Part shown: positions 10,254 through 20,387 of the stretch, one piece after another | How positions within the stretch are numbered: position 1 is the first letter of the stretch | How the letters are laid out: every line of letters begins with the position of its first letter | Source: Candidatus Latescibacterota bacterium | GTDB taxonomy: Bacteria > Latescibacterota > UBA2968 > GCA-2709665 | Assembly: GCA_965116875.1 (NCBI GenBank) | Contig: OZ220733.1 | Location: 4,640,001-4,704,000 of the forward strand | Length of the DNA stretch: 64,000 bases | Direction: 5' to 3' | Position numbers and translations under genes: made by a program | Notes under the pieces: model-generated | Seen by the model: only the letters and a program-made list of their open reading frames with translations | Database searches by the model: none | Told to the model about the DNA's origin: nothing

Positions 10254-10337
10254 GTCCCCAGCGAGGTTTCAACTCTAATCACCCTTACTGAAAATTGTAT
10301 TCAACCCGGGCATAGCAGATCGGGAGATTTTATAATT

Positions 10338-10395
10338 TAAAATATTGATAAAAAATAAGTTATGTCGTTATTTCACAATTGGCATACGGATTGCA
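10338..10395 (+). promoter_or_regulatory. Sigma54 (-24/-12) promoter with upstream IHF site
   Basis: TGGCAT-ACGGA-TTGCA at 10380-10395 (GG-N10-GC); minus-strand TATCAATATTTTA at 10338-10350 matches WATCAA-N4-TTR in an AT-rich tract. Confidence 0.7.
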
Positions 10396-10437
10396 TCGGC
10401 CGGTACGACGTGTTGGCGCCTCTGGAAGGAGAGATTT

Positions 10438-13400
10438 GTGAAGCAGGTCCTCGTGTTTTTCCTTGTGTTCCTCGTGTTCCTCGTCACTGACCCGACAGGA
10501 CTGCGGGCACAGGCCGTCGTCACACCGGATACACTCCGCTTCGGTCCGGTACGAACAGGGACTTCCGTCCTGGATAGCGTCGCTGTCGCAAATGGAGGCC
10601 CGGGCAACCTGGTCGTGATTTCAGTCAGCATCGACGCGAACGCGTTCCATTTGACGGACAGTCTCACAACAGGCACAGCCATCGTTTTGCCGCCGGACCT
10701 GGCTACGAGCCTGGCGGTCCGATTTAAACCCGAGGACCTCGAAATCTATTCCGGAAATCTGTCCGTCGAAACCGGCAGTGGCGTACTGAAAATTCCGCTC
10801 GTTGGGGAAGGCGTTCGTGAAGTCGTCGTCATTCAGGAGATTCTCGCAGACCCGCCGACGGGCGAGCAGGGCGACGCCAACGGCGACGGGACCCGCCACC
10901 ACAGTCAGGACGAATTCGTGGAACTGCTCAATATCGGATTCAGGGCGGTCAGGCTGGACGGCTGGCAACTGAGCGACGCGGGGGCAACGCCCGGATCCAG
11001 GTTCACGTTTCCTGAAAACACAGAATTGAAACCCGGTCATCGACTGGTTCTCTTCGGCGGTGGTTCTCCCGCAGGTATTCCAGGGCTTGTGTTCGTGGAC
11101 GATGGAACAATCGGCGGGGGCCTGAGAAACGGGGGCGACACTGTCTATCTGATCAATCCATCTGCGACAGATACAGTGGCGACTGCGACTTACGAGGGAA
11201 AGACGGGGGACCGGAATCAATCGATCGTGCGCCACCCGCAAGGGCGGGGTCCCTTTCTGCTCCATAGCGAATTACCAGGTGACGGCGCCCTGTTTTCACC
11301 CGGTCGCGCCCCCGATGTGAAAGAACGTATCGAAGTCACACCCGGCGATACGACGGTGGATCTCGGGTCCACAATCCGTTTCGAGGCCCGGGTGGTAATC
11401 GACGAAGTGCTGGCGGATCCGGCGCCCGGTCCGGACGGCGACGCCAATCGGGACGGGATGAGGGACGGCAAGGCGGACGAGTTTGTTGAAATATGGAATG
11501 TCGACTCGAAGCCGGTAACGATCGGCGGATGGTGGCTGAGCGACGACGACGTCGGGTCGGGAGGGAGATTTCACTTTCCCGACGGTCTGACGCTTGCGCC
11601 GGGAATGCGCGCGGTCCTGTTTGGTGGCGGTAATCCACAAGGTTTCGCCGGACCTGTGTTTGTCGACGACGGCAGCATCGGCAATGGATTGACCAATAAG
11701 GGGGACCGTGTGTTGCTCGTCGATCCCGTCGCGGACGATACGGTTGCCGTGGCCGACTTTCGGGTAACAGGGGATCTGAACCGGTCCGTGGTGCGGTTCG
11801 CCGAGGGCGTTTACTCCCCGCATGCCGACTTGCCGGACGGCGGGACCATCTCGCCGGGTCGGCCGCACCCGAAGCCCCCGGCCCCCGTGAAAACCGCGAA
11901 AACCCCTCGGCCGGAGTTTCTGGACGCCCCGCCATCGTGGTGCCGGGTTGGCGCACTTTGTCGATTCACACCCAGCATTCGCAATCTGGATGGGGGATAC
12001 GTGCATCTGGAATCCCAGGTTCACGGCGTCGTGTGGGACCCTGCTACCGGCGAAATCTCATGGAGGCCTGAACAGGAAGGCCGCTTTCGCTTCTGGCAGA
12101 CTGCGGTGAGCGGCTCCGGGGAGAAGGCTGTAAGGCAATTTGACGTGTGGGTCGAACCGCGTCCGCGTATTGCAATTGTCGAGATTCTGGCGGACCCGCC
12201 TTCCGGCCTGAATGGAGACGCGAACGGCGACGGAACGCGAGAAAGCCAGTCCGACGAATTCGTCGAAATTCTGAACAATGGGCCCGACGCCGTCTGGATA
12301 TCGGACTGGCGGTTGAGCGACGATGATGTTTCGGCACGCAGGCAATTCAGGTTTCCCGGTTTCACCAGACTTCATCCCGGAGAACGCGCCGTTTTGTTCG
12401 GTGGCGGTCGGCCGAGAGGAATCGACGGCCAGGTATTCGTGGATGACGGCAGTATCGGTAACGGTTTGACCGACAAGTCCGATGTGATTCTGCTGATCGA
12501 TCCCGTTTTGAACGATACGCTCGCCAGGGCAGAATACACCATAGAGGGAGATATCGACCAGTCGCTGGTGTGGAACGGCGCCGATTGGGTCCCCCACGAG
12601 ACTCCTCCCGGACGAGGGATCTATTCTCCCGGGTTGCCCTCTGAGAAGGGTGCTGTCGTCGGGAAGGATGTGGGACCGGATGACGGGGAAAAGAGGGACG
12701 GAAGTCCCGCGGCGGCGGTTCCGGCGGGTGTGATCATCAGTGAAATCCTCGCGGATCCCGCCTCCGGGGCAGCCGGCGACACGAATGCCGACGGCGAACG
12801 ACATGGATTCCAGGACGAGTTTGTGGAACTCTGGAATCCCCGATCCGACACGGCCCGCCTCGACGGGTGCAGGCTGGGAGACGACGACACGCCGATGGAT
12901 CGTCTTTTTGAGTTTCCAGCCGGTACGATGATGCCTCCCGGCGGTTTCCTGGTCCTGTTCGGCGGCGGATCGACGTCAGCGTTTCCGGAAAGCGGACTTG
13001 TGGATGACGGTCGGATCGGCGACGGCCTCTCGAATTCGGGCGACACAGTTGTGTTTTTGTCGCCCGGCGGTGCGGACACGATCGACATCATCAGCTATGG
13101 CGCGGCGCCCGACGGCGTCTCGCTGGTCCGCCGCGAGGACGCCACGCTGCAACGGCATGATCAGTTGCCGTTCGCAGGCTTGACCTCGCCCGGCCGTGCT
13201 GCGCCGATGCTGGTTGCCATCCATATCGTTCCCGACACGCTGGTCATATATTCAGGATCCAGCCACGCCCTAACCGCAAACGGTATCTTCGATTCGGATA
13301 CCGTAACCGTTGTCACGGACTACCTGAAGTGGGGCGTCGAGGACTCTGCTGTCGCACGGCTCGAACCGGCAACGCGGTTACGCGGCGGCGCGCCGGGGGA

Positions 13401-14775
13401 GACGGTAGTGCATGCGAGACTCGGACACATCACCTCCAGAGCGCTCGTCCGGGTTCATCCCAGGATCGACGGCGGCGAGAATCCTCCATACAATCGTCCC
13501 CCCATATTCATCTCAAAACCTGATACGCTGGCCATACGAGGTCTAACTTATGTTTATACGCCGGCGGCTGTAGACCCCGAAGGGGACCCTGTGTCCATTT
13601 CGGTGCCGCGGCGGCCTGCGTGGCTGAATTGGACGGAAACAGATCTGAAGGGTATGCCGGAGCATGCCGGATCCTGGCCGGTCGTCATCACGGCCACGGA
13701 CCAGGGCGACACGACCGAACAGTCGTTCACCATAAACGTCGCAGTTCCCGGCCTTCAACCGGCAGGCCTCCGAGACAGCGTTGCCTACGTTGGCTTGACC
13801 TGGAGGATGTCATTGAATACCAGCGAAGGGTTTCAGACCCAGGTAGACGGAGGACCTGTTCTGGACGACACGGGCGAATCTCTCGTATGGCGCCCCCGGC
13901 GCGGAGACGAGGGCCCGCGTGTGATTCGGGTATCCATGAGCCGAAACGGCGCCGAAAGTCTTATCCTGACATTCCCGATTACGGTACGGCCTCGTCCGCT
14001 CGTCGCAGTCGACGAGATTCTGGCCGATCCAATAACAGACGTGAGTGGAGATGGAACGACAGACCGGTATGGAGATCAATTCATCGAATTGCTCAATACC
14101 GCCGGGTTCGCGGTGGATCTGTCGGGCTGGACGCTTGGCGACGACGACGGAACGCCGTTTATGTTCCCCGGGGGTTCGGTCCTGGAAGGTGGCGGGCGAT
14201 TCATCCTGTTCGGCAGGGGGACGCACGGGGGCGCAATCGGCAGTTTTTCAGCGGGAGGCCGGATCGGGGACGGGCTGGATGCCGAGGACAGGATCCTGCT
14301 GATCGTGGCGGCAGGCCCGGATACGCTGGTGGACGTGCGATACGCGAAGGGCGAGATTGGCGCGTCACTGGTGCCCGACCCGCACACGGCCGGTGAATGG
14401 CTACCGCACAACAGCGTTTCGAATCTGCCGTTTTCGCCTGGAAGGGCGACGCCTCTGGCGGACACCGCATTTTCCGACTCCATGGCATTCTCTGCAGATA
14501 ATCCGGATGCCTACCCGGAGCGCCCGTTTCCGAACCCGTTCAATGTACACACGACCATCGGGTTTCACAGCGCCGGCGATCCGGCGGACCTGACGGTCTA
14601 CAATGTTCTCGGGCAACCCGTCAGACGGTTTTCGATTGCGGCCGTCGCGGGTTACCATCATCTCGTGTGGGACGGACGCGACCACCTGGGGCGATCGGTT
14701 GGAACGGGCATATACCTGATTCGCCTGCGAAACGGACCGCGCGCCCGCACCATGCGCGTGGTTCTGATTAAATGA
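10438..14775 (+). CDS. Large secreted protein with five lamin-tail domains, Ig-like domains and a FlgD-Ig/T9SS-like C-terminal domain
   Basis: GAAGGAG RBS + GTG, signal peptide; 5x V.I.E(I/V)LADP..D..GDG...(E/Q)F(V/I)E..N...SPG; Big_2 and cadherin-like (NRPPIF, DPEGD) domains; PNPFN..TTI..VYNVLGQ..WDGRD..G.YLIRL tail. Confidence 0.8.
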   Translation: MKQVLVFFLVFLVFLVTDPTGLRAQAVVTPDTLRFGPVRTGTSVLDSVAVANGGPGNLVVISVSIDANAFHLTDSLTTGTAIVLPPDLATSLAVRFKPEDLEIYSGNLSVETGSGVLKIPLVGEGVREVVVIQEILADPPTGEQGDANGDGTRHHSQDEFVELLNIGFRAVRLDGWQLSDAGATPGSRFTFPENTELKPGHRLVLFGGGSPAGIPGLVFVDDGTIGGGLRNGGDTVYLINPSATDTVATATYEGKTGDRNQSIVRHPQGRGPFLLHSELPGDGALFSPGRAPDVKERIEVTPGDTTVDLGSTIRFEARVVIDEVLADPAPGPDGDANRDGMRDGKADEFVEIWNVDSKPVTIGGWWLSDDDVGSGGRFHFPDGLTLAPGMRAVLFGGGNPQGFAGPVFVDDGSIGNGLTNKGDRVLLVDPVADDTVAVADFRVTGDLNRSVVRFAEGVYSPHADLPDGGTISPGRPHPKPPAPVKTAKTPRPEFLDAPPSWCRVGALCRFTPSIRNLDGGYVHLESQVHGVVWDPATGEISWRPEQEGRFRFWQTAVSGSGEKAVRQFDVWVEPRPRIAIVEILADPPSGLNGDANGDGTRESQSDEFVEILNNGPDAVWISDWRLSDDDVSARRQFRFPGFTRLHPGERAVLFGGGRPRGIDGQVFVDDGSIGNGLTDKSDVILLIDPVLNDTLARAEYTIEGDIDQSLVWNGADWVPHETPPGRGIYSPGLPSEKGAVVGKDVGPDDGEKRDGSPAAAVPAGVIISEILADPASGAAGDTNADGERHGFQDEFVELWNPRSDTARLDGCRLGDDDTPMDRLFEFPAGTMMPPGGFLVLFGGGSTSAFPESGLVDDGRIGDGLSNSGDTVVFLSPGGADTIDIISYGAAPDGVSLVRREDATLQRHDQLPFAGLTSPGRAAPMLVAIHIVPDTLVIYSGSSHALTANGIFDSDTVTVVTDYLKWGVEDSAVARLEPATRLRGGAPGETVVHARLGHITSRALVRVHPRIDGGENPPYNRPPIFISKPDTLAIRGLTYVYTPAAVDPEGDPVSISVPRRPAWLNWTETDLKGMPEHAGSWPVVITATDQGDTTEQSFTINVAVPGLQPAGLRDSVAYVGLTWRMSLNTSEGFQTQVDGGPVLDDTGESLVWRPRRGDEGPRVIRVSMSRNGAESLILTFPITVRPRPLVAVDEILADPITDVSGDGTTDRYGDQFIELLNTAGFAVDLSGWTLGDDDGTPFMFPGGSVLEGGGRFILFGRGTHGGAIGSFSAGGRIGDGLDAEDRILLIVAAGPDTLVDVRYAKGEIGASLVPDPHTAGEWLPHNSVSNLPFSPGRATPLADTAFSDSMAFSADNPDAYPERPFPNPFNVHTTIGFHSAGDPADLTVYNVLGQPVRRFSIAAVAGYHHLVWDGRDHLGRSVGTGIYLIRLRNGPRARTMRVVLIK

Positions 14776-14948
14776 CCCGCCAGTACGCCCGACCATGTCC
14801 GAACACGGATTGGTGCAGGCGTCGGCGTGCGGGACGCTCAAATGTGTGCAGGAGTCCATTCTCGCGGCAACAAAGGCTCATTGCCGTGCAACGTCGGTCG
14901 GATCGTTGCAGCGGGAACGGGAACAACCGAGGAAAGGAGGTGGAAACC

Positions 14949-15209
14949 ATGGCACAGCCAGAGATCACGTTCAGACACGGTTCATGCAGCGCTTCCGTAT
15001 TCGATAACGAATACAGTCGCGGCAAGGACAGCTTCAACGTCCGTACGGTTTCGTTCCAGAGAAGCTACCGGGACAAGCAGGGCGAGTGGCAACGTTCCAG
15101 CAGCCTGAGGGTGAACGACATTCCAAAGGCGATCCTGGTCCTGAACAAGGCGTATGAATACCTGACGTCCAACGGTCAAGCGGAAGTCGAGGAAGAAGCT
15201 GAAAGCTGA
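14949..15209 (+). CDS. Small conserved hypothetical protein, possible PC4/PUR-like ssDNA-binding fold
   Basis: Strong RBS AAGGAGGT; QPEITFRHGSCSASVF..VSFQRSYRDKQGEW..SLRVNDIPKAILVL..AYEYL; acidic tail. Confidence 0.6.
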   Translation: MAQPEITFRHGSCSASVFDNEYSRGKDSFNVRTVSFQRSYRDKQGEWQRSSSLRVNDIPKAILVLNKAYEYLTSNGQAEVEEEAES

Positions 15210-15365
15210 GCCGGATACCACGGTCGCATCCAGGAGGGACAACCGGTGTTCAACGGATGTCCCTCTTTCACGTTATTGCCGTTCTGCTGTTGTTTCGACA
15301 AGAGACTTTTCGTATCTTCATCGGAACGCGATTTCCGAGGATCCTTGTACGTCTGGAGTTCGTTC

Positions 15366-16286
15366 ATGGAAGAAGCGTCGATCGATGTCATCAAGTCTCT
15401 GCACCGGCTTACTGGCGAATTGCAGAATTTTCAGGAAATCGTCAAGCATATCAAGCCGCCTTCGGGTGAGATTCCGGCGTTGAAGGGAATCGACATTTAC
15501 GGTGAGACGATTCCGCTTGACGGCCTGATCGGCGGTGACCATATCATCTACGTGGATTTCAAAAAGCGGTACGATCTCGAAGCCCGGATACGAAAGGCGG
15601 AGGAAGAAGGACGTGGAACCGTAGCGGCGAATCTGAGGAGATGCCAGCGGATGGCCGGAGTCGCCCTCGTGGACGTATCCGGACATCAGATAACGGACGC
15701 GATGCTGGCAGGAATGCTGCACGAGGCTTTCTTGCTGGGCGCTATCTACGAGTTGGACCAGTTCGGTACAATCACCGAGAAACTGTTCGAGAATCTGAAT
15801 ACCCGGATCTACAATTCTTCCAGCGTGAGCAAGTTTCTGACGATGATTTATGGAGAGATCAGCGAGGACGACACCTTCAGATTTCTCTCTGCTGCCCATC
15901 CCATGCCGATCGTTTTCTCCAATTTGCAGAACCGAATAATGGATATCAGCGAGGAACTGTTTGTGAATTTTCCTCCTATCGGTACTTTGCCGTCACAGGA
16001 AGATATAGACAGGCAGGCGATTCAGAGTGTGCTTGGCTTCAAGAAAAAATATGAGATCAACGAGTGGACGTTGCGGGGCTCTGGCGACATTTTGCTGCTG
16101 TATACGGACGGGCTGGCAGACCATCGCCGGGGCGACGACGAATATTTCCCCGATCGGCTCGAGGACATTCTCCGCGGGGTCAAGGGGCTCTCGGCCCACG
16201 GAATATTCGAAGCCATCAAGGTGGACGTACTCGACTTCGGCCAACCTCATGACGATATCAGCCTGGTTGTAATAAAGAGAACATAG
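15366..16286 (+). CDS. PP2C/SpoIIE-family Ser/Thr phosphatase without sensor domain
   Basis: GGDH, DVSGH, SAAHP, LLLYTDGL, DDISLVVIK motifs. Confidence 0.8.
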   Translation: MEEASIDVIKSLHRLTGELQNFQEIVKHIKPPSGEIPALKGIDIYGETIPLDGLIGGDHIIYVDFKKRYDLEARIRKAEEEGRGTVAANLRRCQRMAGVALVDVSGHQITDAMLAGMLHEAFLLGAIYELDQFGTITEKLFENLNTRIYNSSSVSKFLTMIYGEISEDDTFRFLSAAHPMPIVFSNLQNRIMDISEELFVNFPPIGTLPSQEDIDRQAIQSVLGFKKKYEINEWTLRGSGDILLLYTDGLADHRRGDDEYFPDRLEDILRGVKGLSAHGIFEAIKVDVLDFGQPHDDISLVVIKRT

Positions 16287-16363
16287 TAGTGTACGCGCCG
16301 GCCGTGGACCGTTGAAAAGCGGCCTGGACCCGACTCAGCTGTCATTTCGCAGGAGGCAAGATC

Positions 16364-17773
16364 ATGAAGATGTTCGTCAATTCCGGCTGGATGGACAAGG
16401 ACGAGAAAATCGACGTGCTGAACCCGTACGACGGCTCGGTAATCGATACGGTACCTCGCGCCGACAGCGGGGACGTACAGGCCGCTCTTGCAACCGCGGC
16501 CAGGGGCGCCGAAATCATGGCGGCGATGCCGGCCCATGAACGGTATCGTATTCTGCACCGCGCTGCTGAATTGATGGCGGACCGCCAGGAGGATTTCGGG
16601 CAGACCATTTCGGCCGAAGAGGGAAAGGTCATTTCCGAAGGGCGCGGGGAGGCCGCACGGTCCGTCGATACGATGACACTGTCGGCCGAAGAGGCAAAAC
16701 GACTCTACGGCGAGACCATCCCGCTGGATGGCGCGGCCGGTGCGGAGGGCAAGTTCGGATTTACCGTTCGAGTACCATGTGGCGTTGTCGTGGCCATAAC
16801 GCCCTTCAATTTTCCTCTGAATCTGGTCTGCCACAAGGTAGGACCTGCACTGGCTGCCGGAAATTCGGTTATCATTAAACCGGCCACCGACACCCCACTT
16901 TCCGCCATAAAGCTTGTGGATGTTCTTCTGGATGCAGGCGCGCCGGCCGAAGCCGTGCAGTGCATCACGGGGCCCGGAGGCGAAATCGGCGACCTGCTCT
17001 CGTCGGATTCCCGGGTCCGCAAGATCTCCTTCACAGGCAGCAGGGACGTGGGTGAACAGATTTGCAGGACAGCTGGACTGAAGAAAGTGACAATGGAGCT
17101 GGGGTCCAATTCCCCGTTAATCGTAATGCCCGACGCCGATCTGGACAAGGTGGCGGCCGCCACGACCGCGACCGGGTTTGCCAACGCCGGGCAGGTGTGC
17201 ATTTCGGCGCAGCGTGTCATGGTCAACAAGGACGTATACGAGGATTTCATTGACGTACTCAAGCCTCAGGTGGAGGCCATGAAAACCGGCAATCAGCTGG
17301 ATGAGTCGGTTGCCATGGGACCGATGATCCGTGAAAGAGATGCCGAGCGGGTTGGCGCCTGGATACGCGAGGCCAGGGACGGCGGTGCAAGGATAATCGT
17401 GGGCGGAGACCGGGACGGCACATTGCACGCGCCAACGGTGGTGGCGGACGTCGATCCCAAAATGCGGATCTCCTGCGACGAACTCTTTGGTCCGGCCGTC
17501 GGACTGACCCGATTTGAAACAATCGACGAGGCCATTTCCTCTGCCAACGACACCAATTACGGTTTGTCGGCCGCATTGTTCACGGAGAACCTGGACCACG
17601 CAATGCAGTTCGTAAACAGGGTTCAATCGGGGAATATCATGGTGAATTGGGGTCCTCAATGGCGGGCGGACCTGATGCCTTACGGCGGATTGAAAGACAG
17701 CGGGATGGGCAAGGAAGGACCAAAGTACGCGGTGGAGGAGATGACCGAGCTAAAGATGGTGGTATTTCACTAG
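16364..17773 (+). CDS. NAD(P)-dependent aldehyde dehydrogenase
   Basis: ITPFNFP, KPA, FTGS, MELG, GQVCIS, ELFGP, YGLSA, PYGGLKDSG.GKEG. Confidence 0.92.
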   Translation: MKMFVNSGWMDKDEKIDVLNPYDGSVIDTVPRADSGDVQAALATAARGAEIMAAMPAHERYRILHRAAELMADRQEDFGQTISAEEGKVISEGRGEAARSVDTMTLSAEEAKRLYGETIPLDGAAGAEGKFGFTVRVPCGVVVAITPFNFPLNLVCHKVGPALAAGNSVIIKPATDTPLSAIKLVDVLLDAGAPAEAVQCITGPGGEIGDLLSSDSRVRKISFTGSRDVGEQICRTAGLKKVTMELGSNSPLIVMPDADLDKVAAATTATGFANAGQVCISAQRVMVNKDVYEDFIDVLKPQVEAMKTGNQLDESVAMGPMIRERDAERVGAWIREARDGGARIIVGGDRDGTLHAPTVVADVDPKMRISCDELFGPAVGLTRFETIDEAISSANDTNYGLSAALFTENLDHAMQFVNRVQSGNIMVNWGPQWRADLMPYGGLKDSGMGKEGPKYAVEEMTELKMVVFH

Positions 17774-17943
17774 TGTCCTGCCCCGAGGAGCAGGTACGCC
17801 GGGCGCGAAGCGCAAGTCGACCGGACTGCCTCCGGACAGGCAAGGGTGAATGAAGCGCGAAGGCCCCGATACGCCCCTGTAAAGGACCGGTACCCGGTGG
17901 CTGCCCGTACACAAACGTCACGATCTGTTGATTTTGGTCAAAC

Positions 17944-17977
17944 AAAAAAGCGGAGTGGCGTCTCATGCGCTCCGCTT
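17944..17977 (-). terminator. Intrinsic terminator downstream of the IHF/HU gene
   Basis: A-tract + GCGGAG...CTCCGC stem (T-tract on the minus strand). Confidence 0.55.
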
Positions 17978-18074
17978 GCGGCGTTCGGTGTGAGACTTCT
18001 GTTGCGTCCCCGTGTTTACAGATTCCCGTGGCGATCGAACCCGGGGTTGTAGGTTCAACCGGCCGGGGGTCCTG

Positions 18075-18404
18075 TCACCGGTGAAGTGGTTCGGATTCTG
18101 CCTGCGTCGTTGAGTCCAGCGGCTGGTGGAGTGCCTTCTTGATGAGAACGCCTGCTTTAAAATAGCTCTTTTTTCGTGCGGGCACATAGACGATTTCTCC
18201 GGTCCGGGGGTTCCGTGCGGCAGGCTTGGGCTTGGTGTCTTTTACGCCAAGTACGCCGAAGCCGCGAATCTCGATGCGGTCACCGGAAATGAGGCTCTCG
18301 CGCATAGCCTTGAAGAGCGTATCTACAACCTCGTAGGCGAGTTGCTTCTTAACGCCCAGGCGTTCTGAGATTTCGAGCGCCAGGTCCTTTTTGGTTGTGG
18401 TCAT
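18075..18404 (-). CDS. Integration host factor beta/HU family DNA-binding protein
   Basis: TKKDLA..IEIRGFG..ARNPRTGE..VPA..FKAG; GGAGGAG RBS. Confidence 0.9.
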   Translation of the reverse strand: MTTTKKDLALEISERLGVKKQLAYEVVDTLFKAMRESLISGDRIEIRGFGVLGVKDTKPKPAARNPRTGEIVYVPARKKSYFKAGVLIKKALHQPLDSTTQAESEPLHR

Positions 18405-18908
18405 TTTCTCCTCCCGTTTGGCATACACGATTGAGCCGAAATACAATATAGAACCAAAGTGACGATTGCCGCAAGAAAAAAATTTACTAGAAGTTACACG
18501 AATTTTCGCCAAACGGAATCTGGGTCAGAAGGCACGGAAATTCCTGTAATTGTTTGTTATTTATACAGTTATATATAATTTCGTCTATTTTATTGAATTT
18601 TAGACACTTACACGAATTATCCCAATTCGCATTCTCAGCTTTCGACGGCGCGAAAACACCACGTCCGGCCACGTCCGCTACAGGGTACGACGATCCGTGA
18701 GCGGAAATCCCGGCATTGTCTGAAGGTCGGTGTCGGCCAGCGGATCGCACTGGAAACGCAGTTGTCAATGCCGACACCGCAGCGGTTTGGCGGTGAAGGT
18801 GCGAGGTCGAACAGACGGTTTGGACACGGCCATTGCGGTATCGTCAAACCATACGCAATGTACCGGGGCGCGGAGTTGACGTCTGCCGACCACGCTCCGT
18901 TTTAAAAC

Positions 18909-20123
18909 TCAACCGTTTCGTAGTTCGTACAGGGCCTCGATAAGCCGGTCGACGTGGTCATAACCGTTGCAAATGTGGGTAGACACCCGGATCCAGTGGG
19001 CGCCATTGACTCGTTGCGTCGGTACGGTTATCCGGTATCGCTCATACAGGTCGAGGTGTTCGAAACCAGTCACCTGGAATGCCGAGATTGAACCGGACAT
19101 GCCGGGCCTGCACGGTGTGAGAAGTCTCGCCCAGCCCGTTGCCTCCAACCCTTCCCTCAGGTAGGCAGCGAGTGCCCGGCCTCTGCGCAGAATCCGGCGT
19201 TTTCCGATCCGCTCCTGGAAATCCACGGCTTCGCCAACCGCGATAAAACCGGCCTGATCCCGGGTTCCCCAGTTCTCGATTCCCCACATAAACGGACGGT
19301 CGTTGATCCGGAGCGATCCGTCCCCGCACCGTTTCGGCCCCGAGCGGCTGTATCCCCAGCTCACAATGATGGGATTCAAGCGCTCCTGCGCGTGTGGCGC
19401 GGCGTAAAGGAACCCCGTACCCTTGGGCGCGCACAGCCACTTGTGGCAGTTGCCGCCGTAAAAGTCACATTCAAGGGCATCCAGGTTCAGAGGGATCATA
19501 CCCGGTGCGTGGGCGCCGTCTACCGCAATCATCGCGCCACGCCGGTGGGCGAGGCGGGTCAACGCTCCGATTGGCGTTATCAGACCCGTACGGGTAAAGA
19601 TGTGGCTACAAAGTACCAGGCGGGTGCGAACGGTAAATTCAGATTCGAATGCACCCAGTATTGTATCGGGATTGTCGGCCTCCGGTGGGATTCTTGCGCG
19701 CCTGACCACAATCCCGTACCGTCGTTCCGCCTGATGAAGGCAATGGTCGATTGCGCCGTACTCATGGTTTGAAGCCAGAATCTCATCACCGGGCCGCCAG
19801 TCCAGACCGTTAACAACCATATTGATGGATACAGTAATATTGCAGGTGAATGCCACGTCCTCCGGTTGGGCGTTGATAAATTCGCCCAACCGGACGCGGC
19901 TCTCGTCCACGGCGTCCGAATGTTTCGCCCGATTCCGGATGGGGCTGCGTTCCACGTCCTTCAGGACCGCGATCATCTTCTCGAAAACCGGTCTGGGTTG
20001 CACGCCAACGGATCCGGTGTTGAGATAGACCTCATCGTCGTCGATCATATAGCCTGCGCGAACCTTCAGCCAGTAGACTTCCTCGTCCTCGGAAGTCGGC
20101 CAGTTCGTACCGCGTAGGTTCAC
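18909..20123 (-). CDS. Class V PLP enzyme (isopenicillin N epimerase / cysteine desulfhydrase / EgtE-like)
   Basis: YLNTGSVG, NHEYGA, VDGAHAPG, GNCHKWLCAPKGTG, WGTRD, IRVSTH; GGAGG RBS + GTG 20123. Confidence 0.8.
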   Translation of the reverse strand: MNLRGTNWPTSEDEEVYWLKVRAGYMIDDDEVYLNTGSVGVQPRPVFEKMIAVLKDVERSPIRNRAKHSDAVDESRVRLGEFINAQPEDVAFTCNITVSINMVVNGLDWRPGDEILASNHEYGAIDHCLHQAERRYGIVVRRARIPPEADNPDTILGAFESEFTVRTRLVLCSHIFTRTGLITPIGALTRLAHRRGAMIAVDGAHAPGMIPLNLDALECDFYGGNCHKWLCAPKGTGFLYAAPHAQERLNPIIVSWGYSRSGPKRCGDGSLRINDRPFMWGIENWGTRDQAGFIAVGEAVDFQERIGKRRILRRGRALAAYLREGLEATGWARLLTPCRPGMSGSISAFQVTGFEHLDLYERYRITVPTQRVNGAHWIRVSTHICNGYDHVDRLIEALYELRNG

Positions 20124-20358
20124 CTGAACCTCCTGGAACGACGTTGAAGGAAGTTGAACGGCATCGGCCGGCGAACGCCGGGTACCGAAGCCGGGGACCC
20201 CGTTTATCCACAATTGTAATTTCCGGATTGAAGGTTTCCAAGTCCTTTGTGAACGACTCCGTCGCCAGCGGCGTCGCGACCGGCATTGCCTCTCCGCATT
20301 ACAGGGTCGACGCAAAATCCGCAGCTGGTTTTCGAGATCCGACCTGCCGTAACCCGCC

Positions 20359-20387
20359 TTGACAGCTACATTTATCTTGTCTATATT
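20359..20387 (+). promoter_or_regulatory. Sigma70 promoter of the fdh operon
   Basis: TTGACA-N17-TATATT, 90 bp upstream of ATG 20477. Confidence 0.65.

Noticed and set aside
10076-10260. Riboswitch or sRNA ending at the 10224-10253 hairpin
   Set aside because: No recognisable riboswitch consensus by eye; an Rfam scan would be needed
10820-14450. Recurring GACGAATTCGT/GACGAGTTTGT DNA repeats as a CRISPR-like array
   Set aside because: They encode the repeated LTD motif within one ORF; spacing is hundreds of bp and irregular
17771-17846. Possible third MITE at the aldehyde dehydrogenase stop (TAGTGTCCTG...GGACAGG)
   Set aside because: The right end matches poorly and no target duplication is visible
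18520-18900. Small ORFs or ncRNA between ihf and the aminotransferase
   Set aside because: No RBS or motifs; the AT-rich tract is explained by promoter or IHF-type sites
20204-20212. DnaA box TTATCCACA as a replication origin
   Set aside because: Single box with no cluster, unwinding element or dnaA context
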